A stretch of DNA of 63,714 nt, filler included, from Thraustochytrium aureum (GCA_012862495.1; 5 parts of 3 records of this genome joined end to end with filler, not necessarily neighbours in it); one strand, 5' to 3'; numbered from the whole stretch's first letter, positions 36,853 to 48,126 are shown. Translations and numbers: made by a program. Notes: generated by a model from the sequence alone, not told the origin.

Positions 36853-38256
36853 ATGGGGGAGTTTCGAAGCGGCGGTGACGCCCGAAATGAGGACGTGTCC
36901 ATCAGCATTGGCTCGTTGAGGCCAAGAGCGCGGTCCTACGTGACCCANCTTTTCAGGCACAACGCCAGCACTCCCGCGCGGCGAGGTAGCAGTCGCAGGG
37001 GTAGGAAACGGCGTTTGAGCCGCGCCACCCGCTACTACTCCAAGTGCCGCCTCGCCCTTATGGGGTTTCTCTTCGTGATGTTCATGTGGTCGGGCGTCGT
37101 GTATGACAGGTACGACACGATCCGACGCCTGCACGTCCCCTACGGCACGAGCTGGTTCATGGTCCCGTACTTGAGCCTGGTCGCAGAAAACCCCCGCGTG
37201 CCAATCTCCGAGGGCGTCGAACTATTCACCTCGCGAGAGTTCTCGCGCGGATGCTGCGACTACGGGCCGACTGTGTTCAAGTACGGCCCCCTGGGCGAGG
37301 TCGGGCTGTACGACTACAAGATAGCGCTTGAGCACGCCTTGCAGGGGAACGAAACAAGTGTGAGCGTGTATGCGTGCATCTTTCAGCTGGGCGAGTTTGT
37401 GACCCAGTTTTTCCTCAAGCTTCCGCCAAGCATGAGCGTCGTATTGGTAACTGGTCAGGAGGATTGCGGGCCCACAGAAATCTTCGGGATGGGGCGCGAC
37501 TTTTGCGACGTCAAGGTCAACTCAACGTTGACGCTGCAACAGTTCCTCGGGGATCGGCGCCTCAAGTTTTGGTTTGCCCAGAACTACGACATGGAGCGCT
37601 GCGAGACGCTCTCCAACTTTGCCCCAGACTGCAAAGACCCTGACGTTCCGCGAGAACACCGAGCCAAGGTCAAGCCGCTTCCGATCGGCCTTGACTACCA
37701 CACCATAGCGGAAAAGCAATACGAGCCAAACGACTGGAGCGACACGGTCAAGTCGCCAGCCAGGCAAGAAAGCGAGCTCAAGAAGACGATCAAGGTCCCG
37801 TGGGACAAGCGCGAACTGCTCGCGCTGTGCGTGTTTGGGATGTCGCGGTCAAAAAAAGGACCGCTACGAGCTCGTTCGGCAATCGAGTCTAGCACGGAAT
37901 GCACGCTACGCCCCACAGACTGGATCCCGCGACAGGCGGTGTGGGACATGCACAATCAGGCGGCCTTTGTGTTTTCACCGCAGGGGCGCGGTATCGACAC
38001 GCACCGGCTATACGAAGCCCTGAACCTCGAGAGCGTGCCGGTTGTACGATCAAGCTCCCTGGACAAGCTCTACAAGCAATTCCCGATCATCATTTTGGCC
38101 AAGTGGCAGGAGTTTAATTGTGGGGAGCTCGCGGTTTGGAAGCAGGAGATTGTGCAGCGTTTTGGGCAGAACCCTTTTTCCAACCCGATCGTCAAGAAGA
38201 AGCTTAGGCTTTCGTACTGGGTTGAGATTGTCAAGTTTCACAAACAGTTTCTGTGA
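36853..38256 (+). CDS. Type II membrane glycosyltransferase (exostosin/GT47-like C-terminus)
   Basis: Basic cytosolic tail then TM (LALMGFLFVMFMWSGVVY); VVLVTGQED; WFAQNYD; LPIGLDYHT; FVFSPQGRGIDTHRLYEALNLESVPVV. Confidence 0.75.
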   Translation: MGEFRSGGDARNEDVSISIGSLRPRARSYVTXLFRHNASTPARRGSSRRGRKRRLSRATRYYSKCRLALMGFLFVMFMWSGVVYDRYDTIRRLHVPYGTSWFMVPYLSLVAENPRVPISEGVELFTSREFSRGCCDYGPTVFKYGPLGEVGLYDYKIALEHALQGNETSVSVYACIFQLGEFVTQFFLKLPPSMSVVLVTGQEDCGPTEIFGMGRDFCDVKVNSTLTLQQFLGDRRLKFWFAQNYDMERCETLSNFAPDCKDPDVPREHRAKVKPLPIGLDYHTIAEKQYEPNDWSDTVKSPARQESELKKTIKVPWDKRELLALCVFGMSRSKKGPLRARSAIESSTECTLRPTDWIPRQAVWDMHNQAAFVFSPQGRGIDTHRLYEALNLESVPVVRSSSLDKLYKQFPIIILAKWQEFNCGELAVWKQEIVQRFGQNPFSNPIVKKKLRLSYWVEIVKFHKQFL

Positions 38257-38384
38257 CGTTTTGCTCCAATGCAGCCTAACAGGTTTTTCCTTCTAACTGG
38301 AGCCGAGGCGGGCGCGTTCGCGTCGCGAATGCGCTCAAAGCACACCGCTGCACGACCAACGCCGGCCGCCGTGCCTCTCACCCA

Positions 38385-38434
38385 CCCACCTACCCCTTCC
38401 TTCCTTCCTTCCTAACTACCTACCTACCTACCTA
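38385..38434. repeat. (CCTT)n/(CTAC)n microsatellite between convergent genes
   Basis: ccttccttccttccttcctaactacctacctacctacctac. Confidence 0.8.
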
Positions 38435-39410
38435 CAATACAGGCTCAAACAGCCGGCGCGGAACAAGGCCCTGCCCGCCGCTGCCTCGCTTCTTGGCCAG
38501 GAACCACCCGCTGTCGTGGTCGGTGCTTGGGCACAGCGACACCACAATCACCACTTCGCCCTCCGCAAACGAGAGCTCGTCCGAGCTCGCGGCCGCATAG
38601 CTCGCAAGAGCCACCATGGTATCGTGCAGCGGCGGCGCAAAGTACTCGCTCGACCAGGTCCGCGTCTCGCGCATCGAGCTCGACTGGCGCTGAATTACGC
38701 CGCGCAAACGCCGCAAGAGCGCGCCAGCCAGCGTGGCACGGGATGACTGCGGGCCAGCACGCGCGGCTTGCGCCGACTTGCGCCGCTCGGCCAGCTCTCG
38801 CGCCTTCGCGAGGCGCTCCCTATCGCGAAGCTTGCGGTCGAATCGAAGCGCTGTTGCTTTCAAGGCAGCCGTGCGTTGCTCCTTGGACGCGCCCTTTGTT
38901 TTCACGGCGCCGAGCGGGTTGACGAGGTCGGCCCTAAAGTAGCCGACGGATCCGTCAGCCACCAGCCGGCCCAAGAGCCACCCATCATCGATCTCTATCT
39001 TGTCCTCTGGGAATAACTCGATCAAGTCGCCCCTGCGAAACGAGAGCTCTTCGCTGGACCGTTGTTCGTAGTTTTCAAGGGCGCAAACGCTCTGCAGGAT
39101 ATCGGGGCGCGCCCGGTGGGCCGCGCCGTGACCCTTCGGGCTTGCGTCGCTCGTGTCACTCGTGTAACTAGCAAAACTGGCCATGCTCGAGGCGCTCGCC
39201 CTTGACGCAAACCGGGAGAGCGACTTGGCTGCCTTCTCCGAGTCATCCTCTACAGAGTCGCCTCCAACCTGGTCGAAATGCAGGTCGCCGCTCGAGGCCA
39301 GCTTTGAGGCGCCGCGAACAGCGCCCTGCCCGTCCACATCCACGTCGCCGTTCCATGAATCTACCAGCGCCGCTGCGGCTCCGACAGCAGCCGCGTCGCC
39401 CTCGGTCAGC
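38432..39410 (-). CDS. Tandem SH3-domain region, probably the C-terminus of the upstream 5-phosphatase
   Basis: ALENYEQRSSEELSFRRGDLI...GWLLG...GYFRADLV and ALASYAAASSDELSFAEGEVV...GWFLA...GLVPRRLF. Confidence 0.85.
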
Positions 39411-39416
39411 GCCAGT

Positions 39417-40844
39417 TCAGACTGGCAACAGCAAAGTCGGCAACGCCTCCTTGCGCAGGCCTAGCCAAGGGCGGCGCACACGAGTCGAGGTCGGCAGGCA
39501 CACTCGGGCTTGCATCTTGCGCGCCCAGCCTGCCGCGAGTTGGCGCCTCGTTTGGCCGCTCGATGTGGCCTGTTTGGGCTTGGGCGTCACGTCTTGGATC
39601 GGGCTCAGCTCGACAAACGGAAGCACAAACTCGGCGCCAACGGGCTTGTGGTCCGAAAGGACCAGGTCTGGGCAGCTGAAGTAGTCGCATAGCTGGACGC
39701 TGTTGTTTTGGCTGCGCCGATCGCAGCGCCACAGCACGCGGTCGCACCAAGCAGGAACGCGAACCTTCTTCTTGCTGGCCGCTGACGCGTTTGGGCCGTC
39801 GCCAGGGGCGGCGCCGGCGGCTGCCTCGGCGGCTGCGGCGTATTTGTTTGTTCCTGGCTGGAACTTGTACGTGGGGTCAAACGTGACCACGCCCTCTTCG
39901 TAGCCCTCAAAAGCGCGCCCTGCCGACCGCTCTGCACACAGCTGCTCGTGTTGGAGCAATGGGTCCAGTGTCTTCGCGCGGATGCAGCGTATGGCGTCCT
40001 CGAAGGTGACCGTATCGACGCGGTAGTTGAGGTCGCCGCACCAGAACACCATGTCGTGCGCCTCGATTCGCAGCAGCGGCAGCCTCTTGCCAAGAGAGGC
40101 AGCGAGCAAGTCATCGCGGCGAGCAAAGTCCGGCTCGCTCTCTTTGTCGCCCTCCCAGCGCGCGGCAGCTGCGACGGTAGACGCTGCCGCCATTGACAGC
40201 CGCAGCGCAGGCCCCTTGCGCGACCCGCGCCTCGGCCCGACAATTTGCTCGATTGGGACCGCCGCGCGCGAGAGAAACGGCCCGGACAGCCGGTCGTCCA
40301 CAGTGTGAAATGTCATCCCTTCCGAGATGGCTGTAAAGTCCGCGTTACGCTTCGCGACCTCGCCTCGATGCGCCGTAAAGTGGGACCCCACAAAGCAAAC
40401 CGTCTTGTGCCGGTGCGACCCGGTCCGGAGTCGGAACCGGATGCCCACGGCGCCCTTGTTGCCGAGAACGCCAAAGCGCCCAACTGCAAAGTACCCGATC
40501 ATCACCTTGGAGATTCGTGGGATGTGAATCCTGCGGGCCAGCACACAGGTCATGATGCCCACAAGGTGCGACATGCCAACCAGCACGTACTTTGCGCCTC
40601 CATACGCTTTGCACCCGTCCAGCGCCGCTGCCACTGCCTTCGTCCAGGCCTCCGCGACCTCCTCGCCCTTCTTGGTCTGCACATACTGCGTCACATCAGA
40701 CAGCGGCACAATCTCTTGGCACGACACCGCCACAACATCCGGCGCCGTCGCCGACCTGCACAGCCATCGCCTCACCAGCTCGCAGCTCGGCGGCGCCTTC
40801 GCGCCGACATTCCACGTCGCCACCAAGATCCTCGTCTTGCCCAT
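39417..40844 (-). CDS. Inositol polyphosphate 5-phosphatase
   Basis: ATWNVG; CQEIVPL; GNKGAVGIRF; CFVGSHF; FWCGDLNYR; FDPTYKF; PAWCDRVLW; SDHKPV. Confidence 0.95.
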   Translation of the reverse strand: MGKTRILVATWNVGAKAPPSCELVRRWLCRSATAPDVVAVSCQEIVPLSDVTQYVQTKKGEEVAEAWTKAVAAALDGCKAYGGAKYVLVGMSHLVGIMTCVLARRIHIPRISKVMIGYFAVGRFGVLGNKGAVGIRFRLRTGSHRHKTVCFVGSHFTAHRGEVAKRNADFTAISEGMTFHTVDDRLSGPFLSRAAVPIEQIVGPRRGSRKGPALRLSMAAASTVAAAARWEGDKESEPDFARRDDLLAASLGKRLPLLRIEAHDMVFWCGDLNYRVDTVTFEDAIRCIRAKTLDPLLQHEQLCAERSAGRAFEGYEEGVVTFDPTYKFQPGTNKYAAAAEAAAGAAPGDGPNASAASKKKVRVPAWCDRVLWRCDRRSQNNSVQLCDYFSCPDLVLSDHKPVGAEFVLPFVELSPIQDVTPKPKQATSSGQTRRQLAAGWARKMQARVCLPTSTRVRRPWLGLRKEALPTLLLPV

Positions 40845-41484
40845 CGCAGCCAGCCAGCCCCCTGCCGCCGCGCCACGCCAGCCAGCCAGACAAACAGACA
40901 AACAGACAGGCAGGCAGGCGCAGAGAGCACCGCGAGTGCTGCGCAGCGCCACGCCAGCCGCCGCACGCCGCCGTCCCGCGCACGCCGCCCGCGCCGCCCC
41001 GCGTTCCGCCTCTGTGCACTCACACTCGTTCTCCCTCCGCGCACACCTTCTAATCCCAAATATCAATACTCAGAAACGAATTGTCAAGGGTTACATGCGC
41101 GCACGCCTGCGGGTCCCTTCAAGGTCAAGAGCGGAGTTCCGTCCAGGGACGAGCAGACCCACAACTCACACGCCGACATGCAGCCCGCGTGAACGAGCGA
41201 GCGAGCGCTTGCGGCCTGCTGGCGGCCTCCTGGTCCTTCTGCGCGAGGACGTGGCTGGGCAATGCGGGCGCCTCGCGCACTTCCGAACACGTACCGGTTC
41301 AAAATGAATCACAGCGCGTGCGACGCGTGGAGACCTGACGCACCGCGGTGCTCGCAGACCGACCCTTGCGCTGCGTGAGCGAGGCGCGACATGGGGCGTC
41401 TGGGTTGCGCGTGCGCTGAGGATTGGGAGGATTAGCTGTGTTTTTCGGTTCGTTGTCAATCAAGAAGGAACGGCGCTTCCTCCC

Positions 41485-44400
41485 TCACGGCGGAGATTGC
41501 GGCAGACTCACCGTGCGCGCCTTGCTCGAGCGAGAGAGCCGGTCGACGGCTGCGTTCGTCTTGAGCGTGTCAGGGTGCCGCGCGCCTAGCTTGGCGGTCC
41601 TCGCCTTGAGCACGGCTTTGTACGTCACGAGCGCGTCCTCGCGCATGCCCTTGTGGTCCATCGCGTCCGCCATGCTGTGCATCGTCGNNNNNNNNNNNNN
41701 NNNNNNNNNNNNNNNNNNNNNNNNNNNNNNNNNNNNNNNNNNNNNNNNNNNNNNNNNNNNNNNNNNNNNNNNNNNNNNNNNNNNNNNNNNNNNNNNNNNN
41801 NNNNNNNNNNNNNNNNNNNNNNNNNNNNNNNNNNNNNNNNNNNNNNNNNNNNNNNNNNNNNNNNNNNNNNNNNNNNNNNNNNNNNNNNNNNNNNNNNNNN
41901 NNNNNNNNNNNNNNNNNNNNNNNNNNNNNNNNNNNNNNNNNNNNNNNNNNNNNNNNNNNNNNNNNNNNNNNNNNNNNNNNNNNNNNNNNNNNNNNNNNNN
42001 NNNNNNNNNNNNNNNNNNNNNNNNNNNNNNNNNNNNNNNNNNNNNNNNNNNNNNNNNNNNNNNNNNNNNNNNNNNNNNNNNNNNNNNNNNNNNNNNNNNN
42101 NNNNNNNNNNNNNNNNNNNNNNNNNNNNNNNNNNNNNNNNNNNNNNNNNNNNNNNNNNNNNNNNNNNNNNNNNNNNNNNNNNNNNNNNNNNNNNNNNNNN
42201 NNNNNNNNNNNNNNNNNNNNNNNNNNNNNNNNNNNNNNNNNNNNNNNNNNNNNNNNNNNNNNNNNNNNNNNNNNNNNNNNNNNNCTCCAGCCATCTCGTG
42301 CATCGTCGCTAGCGTGTTGCGGCGCTTTTCGCCGAGCTGCTCCTTCTCGCTCTTGATCACCGTCTCGTACATCTCGAGTGCCGCGTTGTAGTCACCTTTG
42401 CTCGCAAGCACTCCAGCCATGCTGTGCATCGTCGCGAGCGTGCTGCAGTGCTTGTCGCCGAGCTGCTCATTTCTGGCCCTGAGAACCGTCTCGCACATCT
42501 CGAGCGCCGCGTCGTAGTCGCCTTTGCTCTTGAGCACTCCAGCCATTCTGTGCATCGTCGTGAGCGTGTCGGGGTGCTTGACGCCGAGCTGCTCCTTCCT
42601 GGTCTTGAGCAACGTCTCGTACATCTCGAGAGCGCGTCGTAGTCGCCCTTTCTCTCAAGCACCCAGCCATGTGTGCATCGTCGTAAGCGTCCTGGGGTGC
42701 TCGTCGCCAAGCTGCTCCTTTCCGGCCTTGACGGTCACCGTCTCGTACATCTTGAGCGCTGCGTCGTAGTCGCCGTTACTCTCGAGCACTCCAGCCATGC
42801 TGTGCATTGTCGCCAGCGTGCTGCGGTGCTTGTCGCCGAGCTGCTCCTTTCTGGCCTTGAGCACCGTCTCGCACAGCTTGAGCGCCGCGTCGTAGTCGCC
42901 TTTGCTCGCGAGCACTCCAGCCATCCCGTGCATCGTCGTGAGCGTGTCGGGGTGCTTGGCGCCGAGCTGCTCCTTTCTGGCCTTGAGCACCATCTGGAAA
43001 GTCTCGAGCGCGAGGTCGTACTTGGCTTCCCTCTCCAAACCCCATCCAAANNNNNNNNNNNNNNNNNNNNNNNNNNNNNNNNNNNNNNNNNNNNNNNNNN
43101 NNNNNNNNNNNNNNNNNNNNNNNNNNNNNNNNNNNNNNNNNNNNNNNNNNNNNNNNNNNNNNNNNNNNNNNNNNNNNNNNNNNNNNNNNNNNNNNNNNNN
43201 NNNNNNNNNNNNNNNNNNNNNNNNNNNNNNNNNNNNNNNNNNNNNNNNNNNNNNNNNNNNNNNNNNNNNNNNNNNNNNNNNNNNNNNNNNNNNNNNNNNN
43301 NNNNNNNNNNNNNNNNNNNNNNNNNNNNNNNNNNNNNNNNNNNNNNNNNNNNNNNNNNNNNNNNNNNNNNNNNNNNNNNNNNNNNNNNNNNNNNNNNNNN
43401 NNNNNNNNNNNNNNNNNNNNNNNNNNNNNNNNNNNNNNNNNNNNNNNNNNNNNNNNNNNNNNNNNNNNNNNNNNNNNNNNNNNNNNNNNNNNNNNNNNNN
43501 NNNNNNNNNNNNNNNNNNNNNNNNNNNNNNNNNNNNNNNNNNNNNNNNNNNNNNNNNNNNNNNNNNNNNNNNNNNNNNNNNNNNNNNNNNNNNNNNNNNN
43601 NNNNNNNNNNNNNNNNNNNNNNNNNNNNNNNNNNNNNNNNNNNNNNNTGGCCTAAACAATTCGCATGCCGCGTCGTCCTCCCCTCTGCGATGCAGTGCCA
43701 CTGCCATGCTGTGCATCGTGGTGATCGTGTCGAGGTGCTCTTCACCGAGCTGCTCCGTCCTGGCCTTGATCACTGTTTCGAAGATCTCGAGCGCCTCGTC
43801 ATTGTCGCCTTTGCTACTGAGGACTCTAGCAACGCAGTGCATTGTGGTCAGCGTGTCGAGGTGCTGGTCGCCCAACTGCTTCTTCCTGATTTGGAGCACC
43901 GACCGGTAGATTTCGAGCGCAGCGCTGAAATCGTCTTGCCTTTCCAATGCGCCAGCGAAATCGCACCTTGCGGTGAGTGTGTCCGAATGATTATCCCCGA
44001 GCTGCTCAGCCATGGCCTTTTGAACCGTCTCAAGAAGTTCGAGCGCTTCGTCGTGCTCATATTCGTCTTCCAACAGCTTGGCCATGGCGAGGACTTTCTT
44101 GCGTGACGCGGGGTTTCGCCCTTTGTCGGAGTCAGCCTTCAGCAACTCGTAGGACTTGATCGCTCTTTCCCAGGGCATGCTTTCCAACATGTGATGGATG
44201 ATGTGACGAGCAGCAAAGAGCGAGGGCTCCTCGGGTGATTCCAAGGTTTGGGCGAGTCGTGTGTGGCCGATACCCTCGGGCACAGCATACGGCTTGTCGT
44301 TGTAGGCCTTTCCAGAAGCCTTTACGAAGCCGGCGCGAACCACGTCCAGCAGGAAGTCGCTCATTGACTTGTGGATGAAGGAGACCGTGTCCTTGTGCAC

Positions 44401-46382
44401 GTCCAGCAAGTCGCTCGCCCTGTGGAGAAACCGCTTGAGCTCCGCGTCGCTCTGTTTGCCAACAAGTTGTGCCAAAACCTCGAGCGGGAGCGGCTCGCGC
44501 GCGACTGCCATGCTGCCGAAGATGGACTCGTACTTGGCATAGTCGTCTTTGAGCGGGCCTTGGAGGAAACGCAGAAAGTTGCTGCAGTATACGTCGTCGA
44601 GTGTGTCAGGAAAGGAGTCCGTGTCCTCGCGCAGCTGCTTGAGCGTCACTGAACCGACGCCGCAATCTGCGAGCTTGTCGCTGACGAATCGCGCGTACAA
44701 GAAGAGGCCGTTTGCTCGTGTTGCAAGAAGCTTGAGCGCGGGCTCGATCTCCGTTGCAGGATCTTGCAGGTAGCGCTGGAGCTTGGCGCGCAGGAAACTC
44801 TTGACGTCCTTCGTGTTGTCCGCATCGTCGAGCTTGAAAACGCGTGGTTTGAACCTCCCCAGCACGAGCTCAAGGTCCTCTGGCCGCGAGGAAACCAGCA
44901 GCCCGAGCCACTCGGGGGCGTACGTCGACCAGTCGGACTTGATGATTTTGAGCAGCGCGTCTCTGTCTGCTTGGCAACCTCGTCGAGCGCGTCCAAGACG
45001 ACGACGACGCTCTGCATTGGCGCGGCGACCGCGCGGCACGGCACTGCGATGAGGGCTTTGAAGAGCTTGTCGAGGTCCTCGATACTGTCCAGCTCGCGTC
45101 GCCGGTGCTCGCGCAGCTGTTTATCTAGTTTATTCGCGTCAGCCTCGTATTTCTCGCGAAGGTCGCTCTCCTTTGCGCGGTCACTCAGCCTGAGGAGCNN
45201 NNNNNNNNNNNNNNNNNNNNNNNNNNNNNNNNNNNNNNNNNNNNNNNNNNNNNNNNNNNNNNNNNNNNNNNNNNNNNNNNNNNNNNNNNNNNNNNNNNNN
45301 NNNNNNNNNNNNNNNNNNNNNNNNNNNNNNNNNNNNNNNNNNNNNNNNNNNNNNNNNNNNNNNNNNNNNNNNNNNNNNNNNNNNNNNNNNNNNNNNNNNN
45401 NNNNNNNNNNNNNNNNNNNNNNNNNNNNNNNNNNNNNNNNNNNNNNNNNNNNNNNNNNNNNNNNNNNNNNNNNNNNNNNNNNNNNNNNNNNNNNNNNNNN
45501 NNNNNNNNNNNNNNNNNNNNNNNNNNNNNNNNNNNNNNNNNNNNNNNNNNNNNNNNNNNNNNNNNNNNNNNNNNNNNNNNNNNNNNNNNNNNNNNNNNNN
45601 NNNNNNNNNNNNNNNNNNNNNNNNNNNNNNNNNNNNNNNNNNNNNNNNNNNNNNNNNNNNNNNNNNNNNNNNNNNNNNNNNNNNNNNNNNNNNNNNNNNN
45701 NNNNNNNNNNNNNNNNNNNNNNNNNNNNNNNNNNNNNNNNNNNNNNNNNNNNNNNNNNNNNNNNNNNNNNNNNNNNNNNNNNNNNNNNNNNNNNNNNNNN
45801 NNNNNNNNNNNNNNNNNNNNNNNNNNNNNNNNNNNNNNNNNNNNNNNNNNNNNNNNNNNNNNNNNNNNNNNNNNNNNNNNNNNNNNNNNNNNNNNNNNNN
45901 NNNNNNNNNNNNNNNNNNNNNNNNNNNNNNNNNNNNNNNNNNNNNNNNNNNNNNNNNNNCTTTTGGAAAAGCTCCTCCATTAGATTAATCCCGATTTGGC
46001 CTCGCCACTTCTTCTGGTCCGTCAGCCGCGCCGAGGCAACGAGCGGGACGATAAAGCCAGTCTTGTGCTTGGCTGCGTACCGGAACTCGCGTCTGCAGTT
46101 GTCGTCGTTCGGCCCGCTGTTGACCTTGTGCGCGTACTCGTCCGTCAGCAGCACGACGACAACATCAGACGTCTCGATCGCGTCCGCCATGGCGTCCACA
46201 ATGTTGCCGCTCGCCAGGCACTTGCGGTCGTACCATACCTCCCACCCTTTCTCCTCCTCCATGTAGGCTGCAGCCTCGTCGACGATCTGTTTGGTGGATC
46301 GTCCGTCTACGATCGTCTTCCACTCGTACGAGATCATGACCTTGAGCTTCTTGGGTCCAGCATCCTGGCCCGCAGGCGCCAT
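41485..46382 (-). CDS. NLR-like TIR - NACHT/STAND NTPase - TPR-repeat protein; three gaps, frameshifts near 44970 and 42630-42670
   Basis: TIR_2-like: VMISYEW...GWEVWYD...NIVDAMADAIETSDVVVVLLTDEY...NCRREFRYA. NACHT-like: VVVVLDALDE, LLVSSRPE, ANGLFLYARF, LDDVY, FIHKSMSDFL. 42-aa TPRs: ALE.YE.VLKARKEQLG.KHPDTLTTMH.MA.VL..KG. Confidence 0.88.
41530..44070 (-). repeat. Coding 126-bp (42-aa) TPR tandem array
   Basis: Recurrent gccgagctgctc...gtgcatcgtcg...cactccagccat at about 126-bp spacing; about 10 units visible, more probably hidden in two gaps. Confidence 0.9.
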
Positions 46383-46913
46383 CTCGGGCAAGTCGAGGAT
46401 CTCGTTCGGCACGTCGCTCTGCTTGGCGTCTCGCAACGCTCTGCCGCTGATCCAAGGCCAACTCGGTTGGGTGTCTGCTGCTCGCCCATCGCTTGCATCG
46501 ACGGACCATCGTGTCCAAACGATAGGATTTCTCGTAAAATTACGCCCGTACCAGGCTAGAGCGAACAAAAAAAGTGGACAAATGAAACTGTGCCGCATCG
46601 CGAGTCAACACGAGCACGCACACTCTTCTCTTCACCAACCTCAGCCTCTCTCACATTGGCTAGTGCACACTCGGAGGCGCTGATGTTCTGCGTGGCGACT
46701 TTTACCTCCACTGTCACGGTGTCCACTGGCAGAGCCCTTCCCCTCGCGCGTCCTTCACTTGTCTGTAGTTGTTGGTAGTTGCAACTTGCAAGGGCAAGGA
46801 TGGTAGGTAGTCAATTTTTTTTCGCGCGACATTCGGTTAGGTTTAGTCAACAAGGGCTAGGTCGCCAGANNNNNNNNNNNNNNNNNNNNNNNNNNNNNNN
46901 NNNNNNNNNNNNN

Positions 46914-46925
46914 TTAATTAATTAA
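46914..46925. other. Artificial scaffold linker
   Basis: N-TTAATTAATTAA-N. Confidence 0.97.
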
Positions 46926-46969
46926 NNNNNNNNNNNNNNNNNNNNNNNNNNNNNNNNNNNNNNNNNNNN

Positions 46970-48126
46970 GAAACCCGCGAAAGCGCTGGCAGCGCAGCAG
47001 GTCTTTGCCGAAAGGCAGGTTGCCCGCCAGCATGGCGTACAGGATCACGCCAAGGGAGAACACGTCGGCTTTGGACCCGTCGTAGCCCGCGCCTTGCAGG
47101 ACCTCGGGGGCGACGTAGTGGGGCGAGCCAACCACCGAGTTGAGCCGGCGCATCGCGCCTGGCTTGGTCGCCGAGCCGTGCGCCTGCGCCGCGACAGCCG
47201 CAGCTGCTACTGCGGCGGCGGAGGGCGGCATTGGCTTTGGGGCGGCTGCAGCGCCGCTAGGGCCCACCTCGACGCCTGCATGCTGCGCGGCCTGGCCGTC
47301 CGGGAAGCACAGCGCAGAGAGGCCAAAGTCGGCGATCTTGAGAACCTCGCCGTCCCCGCTCAGGAGCAGGTTTTCCGGTTTGAGGTCGCGGTGGGCCACG
47401 CCCTTTGAGTGGCAGTAGGCAACGCCAGCGAGGAGCTGGTCAAAGAAGTGCCGCGCCGTGCGCTCGTCGCAGCCCTCGTCTACCTTGATGCGGTCGAACA
47501 GCTCCCCTCCGCCTGCCAGCTCCAGCACGAGGAAGAGGGTCGACTTTGAGTCTTGCACCAGCTCCAAGACTTGCACCAGCTCAAGCACGTTGCAGTGGCC
47601 AGCAGTGTGCGCCATGTTTTCGATCTCGTGAAAGATGCCCTGCCGCTGCCGCAGGAACTGGACGTACTTTGTCGGGACCAAAGGTATCTGTACACGAGCC
47701 CCGCCCACTTTGCGCGTCCGCGAGGTCGCCTGCGCGGCCTCGATCGCCTCGAGGTCCGTTCCGTACCGCTTGATGCACCATGGCAGCGTGACTTCGCGGA
47801 GCATCTCGGTGCGCTCGTCGACGCGCGCCGCGACGACCTGTTTGCTGGTGGGGTGCACGAGCCACTTGACGTCCTCCTCCACCAGGGCGACGACGTACCG
47901 CGACAGGGCCGAGCTGCGCACCAGCTTGAACCCGACGGGGTGCAGGATCTTGACGGCAACGTGTTGCTCGCCTTCGCAGGCGCCCGCCGCCACGCTCGCG
48001 CCGGCGCCGCCTCCCTCGTCTACGCACACCGCCTCATACACGACGCCAGCGGCGCCGCCGCCAAGGTAGTTGCCGAGTTCATACATGCACTCCCCGTCCG
48101 TCTCGATCGACTGCCCGTCATACTTG
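46970..48126 (-). CDS. Ser/Thr protein kinase, CAMK group (SnRK/CIPK-like), partial
   Basis: [86 protein letters not shown]. Confidence 0.95.

Noticed and set aside
42290..43050. Regularly spaced repeats resembling a CRISPR array
   Set aside because: Units are contiguous 126-bp coding TPR repeats without unique spacers, and no cas genes are present.
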